DNA of 64,000 nt, taken from the human T2T-CHM13v2.0 reference genome, Homo sapiens. The first letter of the stretch is position 1; each line of letters opens with the position of its first letter. Shown piece by piece: positions 48,392 through 61,916 of the stretch. Location: the NCBI RefSeq assembly GCF_009914755.1, contig NC_060925.1; one strand, 5' to 3'. Both the position numbers and the translations under genes were made by a program. The notes under the pieces are model-generated. The model worked only from the letters and a program-made list of their open reading frames with translations. It ran no database searches and had not been told where the DNA came from.

Positions 48392-50742
48392 ATTCCTTTA
48401 TTCAAATACAAAGAGAGCGATATAGAGCTTCAAAGGCAAGATAAAAGTTTGAAATGGTGTGAAACTAAGAACTGAGGAGAAAGGTAGTCTCATCTCTTAA
48501 AAATAACAACTCTATTATTGTAATAGTTATAATAGTAACAGACTTATATTGAATGCATGTACTAGGCACTTTGCATACAATTTCTCACTTAATTCTCACA
48601 ATTCTATTTGGTTGGTATTATGTTTTTTCTTTGTATTTATTTTTTTGTTGCAGTATAAGACATTTTTAATGTACAGCTTAATGAATGTTTACATACTTAT
48701 CCCTGTTTAACCATCACCCAGATCAGGATAAATTGCATTTCTGCCACTCAGAAGGCTCATTTGTGCCCCTTCCCAGTCAATAATCTTTCCCCGCAAAGTA
48801 GCCATTATTCTGGCATCTATTGCCATGAACTTCATATAATCATATATTATATACTCCACTATTTTCGGCTTCTTTTGCTCAAAAAGATGCCTATGAGATC
48901 CATGGATAGGTACTATTTCCAACCTTATTTTACAGATGTGGAAACAGGCTCAGGAAGGTTAAGTAGCTTGCCCAAAGTTATACAGCTGGACACATTCAGG
49001 ATTTGGATCTATGAGGTCTGACTTCAGAGCTGGCACTTCTATTCACTCGATTAAGAATTAATGATAGATTTCATGCAACAGGGAATATTTTGTGCCTTTA
49101 TTTTGTCCAAATCTTGATTTGCTGATGCATTGTCACCATTAAATAATCTTAGGGAAGTTATCTTCTTAACTGTAAATGGGACTTTCGCTACCCACTTGAT
49201 AGAATGGCTATTTTTAGCTCTGCAAAAGATATGACTGTGCTGAAGGTTGAGTGAGTGACCAAATGGAAAATCTGTGACTGGGAAAGTCATATGGGATTAT
49301 CCAAGGGAAGCTCAGGACATGAGGCACAGGCAGCAGAGAAGGGCTTGGAAGTTTCACAAACGTGTGTGGATTTTTAAAATCTTAGCCTCTGACATTCAGA
49401 GCTTGTCTTTCTATTTTTTAAAAAATGCTTTGTCAAACATGTGCCTGACTCAGAGTACTAGTCACTAGCCCTGTGGAGATATAGGGCATGTTAGCAAAGG
49501 AGAAAGCAAGGCATAATCTAAACTGCCAACATATAGTTCAACTTAGAAGAGAGATGCACATTATACTGTATACATGGTTGATGAAATTTTTTAAAAATTG
49601 GGAGAGGATAATTTCAAACTTACATAAAGATTGCAATAATAATACAAAGAACTCCCATAAATCATTTATCCAAATCTCCAATTTTTACCATTTGCCATGT
49701 TTGAGTTTTTTGTTCTGTCTCATACACACATATATATATATATACTCTTTACCCCTTAGTACTTCAGAGTGTAATTACTAAGAACAAGGATATTCTCTTA
49801 CATATAACTACAGTACAATTATGAAATTCATACAGTCTAATATTGATATAATACTTTTAAACTAATCTATAGTTCACATTGTAGTCTTATCAGCTGTCCT
49901 AATTGTGTTCATTATTTTCCCCTCATACAGGTCCAATTTAGGATCCTGTATTTCATTTATGTCTTTTTAGTCTTCTTTATAATCTAGAATAGTTGTCATG
50001 TCTTTTTAGTCTTCCTTAATCTAGAATAGTTCCTCAGCCTTTTATAGGATGTCCCTGAATTTGGGTTTTTCTGATGTTTCCTCATGTTGATAAATAGATT
50101 GTGCATTTTTGGTAGGAAAATTACATAAGTGATGCTGTGTCCTTCTCAGTGCACCACATCAGAAGGTACATGAAACTGGTTTGTCTCATTGTTTGTGAGA
50201 TTAACTTTTGTCACTTGTCTGAGGTAGTGTCCACTAGTCTTTTTCACTACAAAATTATTTTCCTTTGTGATACGTAATTGTGGAGAGATGCTTTGATATC
50301 ATGAAAATACCCTGTTTTCTTACTTGCATGGCACAAATTTAGTATCTGTTGATGAGTCTTACCTGAATTAATTTTTCCTATAATGGTTGAAAAAATGATG
50401 ATTTTTCTAATTCCATCACTCCTTATATGTTTCTCTGAAAGCATTTTATGGTAGGGAAAAAGCTGCCCTTATTTATTGTCAACATGGGTACATGACTTCG
50501 TGTTTTACTGAATGGTTTATAGTCTGTTACTATCAATTATATTGATGCTCAAATTTCCTGAGACTTGGCCTGCAGGAACCCCTGTAAGTGGGCCCCCATG
50601 TCCTTTTGACATGGCTCCTATCATTTTATTGAGTAGGTTCTTACTTTCTAGAACACAACAAGATATTCTAGACCCATCTTGTATCTCCTTTTCCCCTGAC
50701 CTAGAATCAACTATTTCTCTCAGAAGCTCTGATTTTTACTAG

Positions 50743-50942
50743 AGATTGATAGTCAAGTTCTGGTGTTAGCTGTGCTCATACACTGAAGTCAAGTTCTGGT
50801 GTTAGCTGTGCTCATACACTGAAGTCAAGTTCTGGTGTTAGCTGTGCTCATACACTGAAGTCAAGATTGATAGTCAAGTTCTGGTGTTAGCTGTGCTCAT
50901 ACATTGAAGTCAAGTTCTGGTGTTAGCTGTGCTCATACATTG
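50743..50942. repeat. 36-bp minisatellite, 5 copies, with a 121-bp higher-order period
   Basis: Unit AGTCAAGTTCTGGTGTTAGCTGTGCTCATACA(C/T)TGA at 50751, 50787, 50823, 50872 and 50908; AGATTGAT leader at 50743 and 50864. Confidence 0.95.
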
Positions 50943-51009
50943 CTATTGGAGTGCATTATTTCTAGATCCTTTCAGTGGTAGAATTAGAGAACATGTTTAT
51001 TAGAAGTTA

Positions 51010-51336
<327 letters not shown>

Positions 51337-51417
51337 CTAATTGTCATCCTGCCCCACAGGGTTATTTCTTGGCTTCCCCATCAAAATTTTTACTTTCAAA
51401 GTCATTAAAATATTTAC

Positions 51418-53853
51418 TCATTGTAGAGATCTTTCACCTTCCTGGTTAGCTGTATTCCTAGGTATTTTATTCTTTTTGTGACAATTGTGAATGAGATTGT
51501 CTTTCTGATTTGGTGCTTGGTTTGGCTGTTGGTGTATAGGAATGTTAGTTAGGGATTTTTGTACATTGATTTTGTATCTTGAAACTTTGCTGAAGTTGTT
51601 TATCAGCTGAAGGAGCTTTTGGGTCAAGACTATTGGGTTTTCCAGATACAGAATCATGTCATCTGCAAACAGAGATAGTTTGACTTCCTCTTTCCCTATT
51701 TGGATGCCCTTTATTGCTTTTTTCTGCCTGATTGCTCTGGCTAGGACTTCCAATACTATGTTAAGTAGGAGTGGTGAGAGAGAGCATATTTGTCTTGTGC
51801 TGGTTTTCAAGGGGAATGCTTCTGGCTTTTTTCCATTCAGTATAATGTTGGCTGTGGGTTTGTCATAGATTGGTCTTATTATTTTGATGTATGTATACCT
51901 AGTTTGATGAGAGTTTTTAACATGAAGGGTGTTGAATTTTATCAAAAGCCTTTTCTGCATCTATTGAGATAATCATGTTGTTTTTGTCTTTAGTTCTGTT
52001 TATGTGATGAAGCACATTTATTGATATGCTTATGTTGAACCAATCTTGCATCCTGGGGATGAAGCCTACTTGCTCATGCTGGATTAGGTTTTTGATGTGC
52101 TGCTGGATTTGATTTGCAAGTATTTTGTTGAGGATTTTTGCATCAGTGTTCAGCAAGGATATTGGCCTGAAGTTTTCTTTTTTGGTTGTGTCTCTGCCAG
52201 GTTTTGGTATCAGGATGATGTGGCCTCATAGAATGAATTGGGGAGGAGTCCCTCCTCCTCAGTAGTTTCTATAGGAATGGCACCAGCTTTTCTTTGTATA
52301 TTTGATAGAATTCAGTTGTGAATCCATCAGGTTCTAGGCTTTTTTTTTTTTTTGGTTGGTAGGTTATTTATTACTGCTTCAATTTCATTATTGGTCTGTT
52401 CAGGAAATCAGTTTCTTCCTGGTTCAGTCTTGGGAGAGTGTATGTGTCCAGGAATTTATTCATCTCTTCTAGTTTTCTAGTTAGTGTGCATAGAGGTGTT
52501 TATAGTAGTTTCTGATGGTTATTTTTATTTCTGTGGGGTCAGTGGTTACATTGTCTTCATCATTTCTAATTGTGTTTATTTAGATCTTCTCTCTTTTCTT
52601 CTTTATTAGTCTAGCTAGTGGCCTGTCTATCTAACTAATTTTTTTCATAAAACCAACTCCTGGATCTATTGATCTTTTGAATGTTTTTTTTTTTTTTTTG
52701 TCTTGTTCAGTTCAGCTCTGGTTTTGGTTATTTCTTGTCTTCTGCTAACTTTGGGGTTGATTTATTTTTGCGTCTCTAGTTCTCTTAGTTGTGATGTTAG
52801 GTAGTTAAGGTTTGAGATCTTTCTAACTTTTTTAATGTGGGCATTATAGTGCTATAAGTTTCCCTCTTAAAACTGCCTTATCAGTGTCCCAGAGATTCTG
52901 GTATGTTGTATCTTTGTTCTCATTAGTTTCAAATAATTTCTTGATTTCTGCCTTAATTTCACTATTTACCCAAAAGTCATTCAGGAGCATGTTGTTTAAT
53001 TTCCATGTAATTGCATGGGTTTTAGCAATTTTCTTGACTTCTATTTTTATTGCACTGTGGTCCAAGAGTATGTTTGGTATGATTTCAGTTCTTTTGCATT
53101 TGCTGAGGAGTGTTTTATGTCCAGTTATAATATGTGGTCAATTTTAGAGTATATACCATGTGGTGATGACAAGAATGTATATTCTGTTGTTTTTGGGTGG
53201 AGAGTTCTATAGAGGTCTTTCAGATCCATTTGGTCCAATGTTGAGTTCAGGTCCTGAATATCTTTGTTAATTTTCTACCTCAATGATCTGTCTACTACTG
53301 TCAGTAGAGTGTTGAAGTCTCCCACTATTGTTCTGTGGGAGTCTGTGTCTCTTTGTAGGTCTTTAAGAACTTGCTTTATGAATCTGGGTACTCCTGTGTT
53401 GGGTGCATATATATTTAGGATAGTTAGGTTGTCTTGTCAGATTGAACCCTTTTACCATTATATAATTCCCTTCTCTGTCTTTTTTGATCTTTGTTGGTTT
53501 GAAGTCTGTTTTGTCTGAAACAAAACAGGGATAGGATTGCAGCCCCTGCTTTTTTTTGTTTTCCATTTGCTTGGTAGATTTTTTTCTCCATCCCTTTATT
53601 TTGAATCTTGGGTGTTATTTTGTGTGAGATGGGTCTCTTGAAGACAGCATACCGTTGGGTCTTGGTTCTTTATCCAGCTTGCCACTCTGTGCATTTTAAA
53701 TGGGACATTTAGCCTGTTTACATTCAAAGTTAGTATTGATATGTGTGGATTTGATCCTATCTTTGTGTTATTAGCTGGTTATTATGTTGGCTTGTTTGTG
53801 TGATTGCTTTATAGTAACACTGGTCTATGTGTAAGTATGTTTTGTATTAGCTG
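51418..53853 (-). mobile_element. L1PA element, inverted 5' segment (ORF2 endonuclease and RT region)
   Basis: Minus-strand ORF2 fragments: GSNPHISILTLNVN..CCLQETHL near 53700, [37 protein letters not shown], ending at KDLYNE near 51418. Confidence 0.92.
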
Positions 53854-53854
53854 G

Positions 53855-55385
53855 TACAGTGCTCAGAGAAATTAGAGAAGAGACAAACACATGGAAAAAT
53901 ATCCCATGCTTGTGGATAGGAAGGGTCAATATCATTAAAATGGCTATACTACCTAAATCAATTTGCAGATTCAATGCTATTCCTATCAAATTACCAATGA
54001 CATTCTTCACAGAACTATAAAAAATTATTTTAAAATTCATATGGAACAACAGTGACAAAAAAGCCTGAATAGCCAAGATAATCCTAAGCAAAAAGAACAA
54101 AGCTGGAGGCATCATATTACCCGACTTCAAACTGTACTACAGGGCTACAGTAACCAAACAGCATGGTACTTGTACAAAAACAGGCACATAGACCAATGGA
54201 ACAGAATAGAGAGCCCAGAAATAAGGCTGCACAGCTACAACCACCTGATATTTAACAAAGCTGACAAAAATAAGCAATGGGGAAGACTCCCTATTTAATA
54301 AATGATGCTGGGATAGCCATATGCAGCTAAGAAATGATGCTGGCTAGCCATATGCAGAAGACTGAAGCTGGACCCCTCCTTACACCATATACAATAATTA
54401 AGATGAATTAAAGACTTAAATGTAAAATTCAAAACTATAAAAACTCTGGAAGACAATGTAGGCAATATCATTCTGAACATTGGAATGGGCAAAGATTTCA
54501 TGACAAAGACACCAAAGCAATCAGAATAGAAGCAAATATTGACAAGTGGGATCTAATTAAACTTAGGAGCTTCTGCACAGCAAGAGAAACTATCAACAGA
54601 GTAAACAGACAACCTACAGAATAGGAGAAAAATATTTGCAAACTATGTATCTGATAAAGGTCTAATATCCAGCATCTTTAAGGAAAGTTACCAGAAAAAA
54701 AAGACAACTCCATTAAAAAGTGGACAAAGGACATGAACACTTTTCAAAAGCAGACACACATGTGGCCAACAATAATATTAAAAAAAAAGCTGAACCTCAC
54801 TGATCATTAGAGAAATGCAAATCAAAACCACAGTGAGATACCATCTCACACCAGTCAGAATGGCTATTATTAAAAAATAAAAAAATAAGTTGCTGGTGAG
54901 GTTGCAGAGAAAAGGGAACCCTCATACACTGTTGGTGTGAGTGTAAATTAGTTCAGCCATTGTGGAAAACCGTATGGCAATTCGTCAGCTAAAAGCAGAA
55001 CTACCATTTGACTCAGCAATCCCATTACTGGGTGTATACCCAGAGGATTAGAAAGCATTCTACCATAAAGACACATGCATGTATATGTTTACTGCAGCAC
55101 TGTTCACAATAGTAATGACATGGAATCAACCTAAATGCCAATCAGCAGCAGACTGGATAAAGAAATGTGGTACATATACACCATGGAATACTATGCAGCA
55201 TTAAAAAGAATGAGATCATGTCTTTTGTGGCAACATGGATGTAGCTGGAGGCTATTATCCTCAGCAAACTAATGCAGGAAGGAAGAGAAAACCAAGTACT
55301 GCATGTTCTCACTTATAAGTGGGAGCTAAATGATGAGAACTTATGAACGCAAAGGAGGAAACAACAGACACTGGGGTCTACTTGA
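53855..55385 (+). mobile_element. L1PA element, non-inverted 3' segment (ORF2 C-terminus and part of the 3'UTR), 3' end lost
   Basis: The plus strand resumes at (T)[17 protein letters not shown] and runs through typical L1 3' sequence to ...AACAACAGACACTGGGGTCTACTTGA, then breaks off without a poly(A). Confidence 0.92.
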
Positions 55386-55392
55386 CCCCAGT

Positions 55393-55630
55393 CATAGTGA
55401 GACTCTGTCTCTACAACAAATAGAAAATCCCTTAACCCCAACATAGTGAGACTCTGTCTCTACAGCAAATAGAAAAAATTAGCTGGGTATAGTGGCATGC
55501 ACCTATAGTACCAGCTACTCATGAGGCTGAGGTGGGAGAATTGCTTGAGCCTGGGGAACTCAAGGTTGCAGTGAGCCATGATCATGCCACCACTCTCAGC
55601 AAGACACTGTCTCTTAAAAAAAAAAAAAAA
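55393..55630 (+). mobile_element. Partial AluJ (most of the left arm missing, junction duplicated)
   Basis: CATAGTGAGACTCTGTCTCTAC occurs twice, followed by the right arm and A tail. Confidence 0.8.
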
Positions 55631-55774
55631 GTCAAACTATAAAAAATACATTCAGAGATGTGTCACTCCTTCTCCTAACTCTTCTATCCCATTACTTTTC
55701 CACACTCCTTAGAGATAACCAATTTTATTAATTTCTGTTTTATCCTTCCTGTGTTTCTTTTTGCCAAGATAAGC
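55631..55774 (-). mobile_element. Old L1MC-type fragment directly abutting the U6 3' end
   Basis: The reverse complement GCAAAAAGAAACACAGGAAGGATAAAACAGAAATTAATAAAATTGGTTATCT...GGAGTGACACATCTCTGAATGTATTTTTTATAGTTTGAC resembles the L1MC4-like 3'UTR as I recall it. Confidence 0.65.
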
Positions 55775-55867
55775 AAAATGGAATGTTTCATGAGTTTGCA
55801 TATCACCATGTGCAGAGACCATGCTGTGTGATTATAATTTTAATGTATGTGCTGCTGAAGTGAGCAC
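55775..55867 (-). pseudogene. U6 snRNA pseudogene (end to end, diverged, ACAGAGA box disrupted by deletion)
   Basis: The reverse complement reads GTGCTCACTTCAGCAGCACATACATTAAAATT...AGCATGGTCTCTGCAC...TGCAAACTCATGAAACATTCCATTTT. This matches both ends of U6, with CpG decay and an ~10-nt internal deletion. Confidence 0.92.
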
Positions 55868-56299
55868 TTGGTATGTTTTTAACTTGGCTGGAAATAAGAG
55901 TAGGTTAAAGTCACAGTAGGACAGTGTGGTAGGTGTTCAAATGAGGGTGAGCATTCCACGGTGAGAGAGGCATTACAGTGCGGTGCATAGGGGCATGGAC
56001 TTTAGAATCAGATAGGCCTGCTTTCAGTCTTAGCCAGATCACTTATTTACTGGCTGTGTAACATTGGCCAAGGCATTAAACTTTTCTGAGCCTTCTCTCA
56101 AGTGGGAATGTTAGCACCTACTTTATAGTATTATTTGGGGGTATAAATATAATGACACGCTTAAAATGTCTGCAGTACTCACAATTAATAGCTAATATTT
56201 TAATAATAGTTCTAACAATAAACTATTACATAATTAGGAGAGATCAATGGCAGAAAAATGCATTTTATAGTTTTGTATGGTTCACACAGATGAAACTGG

Positions 56300-57277
<978 letters not shown>

Positions 57278-58188
57278 TGAGACTTGTACTTTCAAATTTA
57301 AAATAAAAATAAGGATTTATAACATGCAATTAAGAAATGAGGCTAAATTGATTTTTAAAAACCCACCTGACTTTGTTTTAAATTGAAATAGTTTGACTAA
57401 CCACAAAACTGTCATTCTCAGAATATCTCCTTCAGATCTTTATGATTTGCCATACTTTTGCTTTAGTAGAACCACATTTTAGAGTGATCATTTCGAGAAA
57501 TATGATACTTACATATTTCTAACATTTTACTTGTTCATTTGCCCAAACTAAGAATCAGCAAGACTGGAAATATAGGAAGTCAAGGGGGCAGAGGATTACA
57601 GGATGGAAGCTAGGATCTGAGCAGAGGTCTGTGAAGCCAGAATAGACATGATGATTTGTGAAAACAGGTACTGTTTGAGATCTGGAGACCATGATGAGGT
57701 GTTGATGAGAAACAGCTTTAGTAGAAATAAGGAAACGGAAAATGGAAAAATAAGGCTGTCAAAAAAAAATTTCAGAGTTCAAAGGTGATAGATTATTTTG
57801 GACATTTATAACCCAAAACTTTGTACTTTAGGTCAGAAGACCTTGGGTTCTATACCTTTTTTAAAAACATTTTTAATTTTAAAAATTATGTCACCTCTGT
57901 TTAAGACCTAATTCTGTTGTTTATTAGCTGTGTTATCTTGGGCAAGCCATGTAATTATTGTGGCTTAAATTCCTCATTCATTAAATGGAATGATAAATAT
58001 CCTTTTCCTAGGCTTATTGTGAAGACTAAATGAGATAACTATTTACAACTGTATGACTGTTAGCTTATTATTATGGGCGAGGTTTGAGGACAGTGTTGGA
58101 AGGATCAGCAACACAAATCTCAAAGTTGCTGATCATGGCGACTGGACATGTAGCTCAGAGTCTGGTGCTTAAGATTTTAGGGAGAGTG

Positions 58189-58993
<805 letters not shown>

Positions 58994-61580
58994 AAGATTT
59001 TAGGGAGAGTGTATGCTGCCCTAGACTTCTGCTGACATCTGTGATGAGAAGGCAGAATTCTCTAAATATATGGGATGAACATAATGGAAGATATTATAAT
59101 AATGATCTGAAATGGTTGGAAACCTCTATGTTTAATAATGTAAATCCTATCTTCCAATAAATAAATAAATCTTCTCTACCTTTTGCACCATCAAGCTTCA
59201 AAGACAGGTGAAAGTTCCTGAGTGTTATAGAGAATAGTATAAGTAACTCAGTAAATAAAGTATAGCATTAATGCCTCTCTTTTTTCCTTCTTATTCCTTT
59301 GCATCTGATTAGTGCCTTTGGCAATATTATTAATCTCTGTCAAGTTATTTTATGATTATCAAAGCACATTAGGTTTCAGAAACTTGTCTCCATTGCTCCC
59401 GTATTGTTTATTCTGCCCACTTTGGAGGCTAAGGCTCAGGTAACCCATAAAATATATAATCCATGTCTCCAACTTTGCTTCTTTATCTGGTTCATCTTCT
59501 CCAAGTTTCCTATATTGATTTTCCTGTGTCTTCATTCCAGATTCTTATCTGCTGCCTCTGATAGTGAAATGTGCTGTGACTTTTCTCTTGCTACCTGGAT
59601 TCTCACCCTGCTGTCTGCTCTGACTTCCGGTGACTGCCTTTCTTCCCTCTGGGCACTCTTCTGGTTGCTGAGGCATCTCTAGGATTACTGAAGTGACTCA
59701 TGGGCCTCTGCAACCCTAGATTTCTGTTACTCTGACCTTTAATTCCCTGGTGAGATTCAGGTGTGTCTTCAAAGTCTTTAACTTTTATATAATGCTTATT
59801 TTAAATAAAATTGTAACTCTAAATCTTAAGCTAAAAATACTGTGTGGTGAGACTCTGAAATTTGTATGGTGTAGTTGACCAAATAAAAAAATAAATTCAA
59901 GATGTATCAAGAGATAAATTAGAATAAAAACTAAGAAAAAAAATCAAAGTATAGATTATTGAATTCTTTGATGAATTATGAATTGTGTAAAATATTTAAT
60001 AGTTTTTTCTTCTTTAGACTCTAGTCTTTTCTTTAATCTTGTTTATTTTTCTATGACAGTTGAGAAACTCTAGTTGTACTGAGTGATTCCCATTGTTTCT
60101 GTTAGCGATATAAGTTTAATATGGGTTTCTAATAAAATAATGTTGGTAGATTATGAAACTTCTGGTATCTTTGTTTAACTATTTCTAATGACAGTGAGCT
60201 CTGTTTAAATTGGCATTATTGTGACATTTGCATATAGCATGTTAACAGCCACTATTAGAATGAATGAACATAGCAATATTCTTAAAATTTGGGATAAAAG
60301 AGAAATCTATTTTGAGTTTTGATTTATAATAATGCAATTTAAACATTAAAAATGCTTAACCTTCCTAAGTTATTCTTGTTCCTGATGACAATATGACGGA
60401 GATGCTGGAGGTAGTTGAGATCAGTTTTCTCCTAGCTCTTGGACACAATGATCAATCACCCTGCTGATTCAGAAGATGTTATACTTCCACCTAGCAAGGG
60501 TAAAGAATACACAACCTTTATTACACAATAGCAGCCACTCCTGATATTGCTATCATTCCTATGAAGGATTTGGGACTTCTGAGACAGATTATGGCCTTCA
60601 TTTTGCCTCATTCCTCATCACTGTGGAAGAACTTGTACATCCTCTGCAGGGCTGTTTTCTGCAATTCTGGAAGATTTTTCTGGAGCTCCTGCCCCTAAAA
60701 TCCTTTCAGAAATTCTTGGTGCCATCTTGGGAATACTAGATACCATTTTGATACTTTACCCTACAGATGTATTGTAGAGAAGTAAGATAGATTTAAGAAA
60801 GACCAACTTGAAGTTTCTCCTTGGGGTCCTACATTCTGTTCATCTAAAATACATAAATGAAAAACAATAGCATCAAATCACCCTTACTGGCTCCCAAAAT
60901 GATAACCATACTTATCTTTTATTGGGTATCAGGCGTCTTAGCTAAGATGGTATTATTCTTTGTGTCTTTGCATCTGTAACTAAATGCAGCCAATTGAAAA
61001 AGCTCAAGCTCTATTCTTATGTGATGGGCCTCAATTGAAATGATTCAGTAATCACTAATGAAGGGACTTTGCAGATATTGTGCTAGGCACAGACATGCAG
61101 TAGTGAATAAGACCATCTCTGTCCTCAAGGATATTAGTTTAGTAATGGAGACTGAGAAGTAAATGAACAATCGCACTGTGGTATGTTGAATCTGGCAAAT
61201 TACTTGATCTTCTGAAGCTTTAATCTTCCTGACCTGTGACATGAGAATCTCATAAAGGTTGTTAGAATTAAATGAAATAACAAATGTAAAGTGCTTAGTT
61301 TAGAATTCAGCATATACAGCAAAACGTACTGTAGAAGCATGAGAGTGGCACCTTACCCATTCTTGGTGGAGTGGGTTGGGAATGTCAGGAAAAGCTTCCC
61401 AGAGGAGGTGGTGTATGAGTGAGCTGAATTCTGAATGATAAGGAAGACGAAGAATGGTTGGAGGTAAGATAGTGGTTCTTGGTTGCTCAGTCTTCCATCT
61501 CTAACTGAGCATCAGACTGCATTGTTATGTCAATACATTGTATTTAATGTCTCAAAAGCATAAAAAGTACTGTTACACAG

Positions 61581-61689
61581 TTTTTTTTTAAACCTGTAGC
61601 ATCTGATATTCCCAGGCAGTCTCCCATCCAAGTACTAACCAGGCCCAAACCTGCTTAGCTTCCAAGATCAGATGAGATTGGTGCATTCA
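61581..61689 (-). pseudogene. 5S rRNA retro-pseudogene, 5'-truncated, with poly(A) tail and TSD
   Basis: The reverse complement matches 5S rRNA (GGAAGCTAAGCAGG..GGGCCTGGTTAGTACTTGGATGGGAGAC..GCCTGGGAATA) and lacks about 19 nt at the 5' end. T9 at 61581-61589 is the tail. TSD TTACACAGTT at 61573-61582 / 61690-61699. Confidence 0.95.
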
Positions 61690-61735
61690 TTACACAGTTC
61701 TATTTTATATTATGTTATCATCAATTTCCTTTCAG

Positions 61736-61916
61736 AGAATTAAAGATGGTGGTGTTATTGACTCAGTTAAAACAATCTGTGTTGGGGATCATATTGAATC
61801 CATAAATGGAGAAAATATTGTTGGGTGGCGTCACTATGATGTTGCTAAGAAGTTAAAGGAATTAAAAAAGGAGGAACTCTTTACTATGAAGTTAATAGAA
61901 CCTAAGAAGGCATTTG
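61736..61916 (+). CDS. GIPC2: GIPC2 coding exon 3 (remainder of the PDZ domain)
   Basis: Acceptor tttcctttcag|AGA; encodes RIKDGGVIDSVKTICVGDHIESINGENIVGWRHYDVAKKLKELKKEELFTMKLIEPKKAF; donor TTG|GTAAGT. 181 nt. Confidence 0.97.

Noticed and set aside
50743-50942. 36-bp repeats resembling a CRISPR array
   Set aside because: The units are head-to-tail with no unique spacers, there are no cas genes, and the context is a human intron. It is a minisatellite.
51418-53566. Reverse transcriptase and endonuclease ORFs as a possible novel RT system
   Set aside because: Fragmented L1 ORF2 with many stops and frameshifts; an ordinary dead L1PA.
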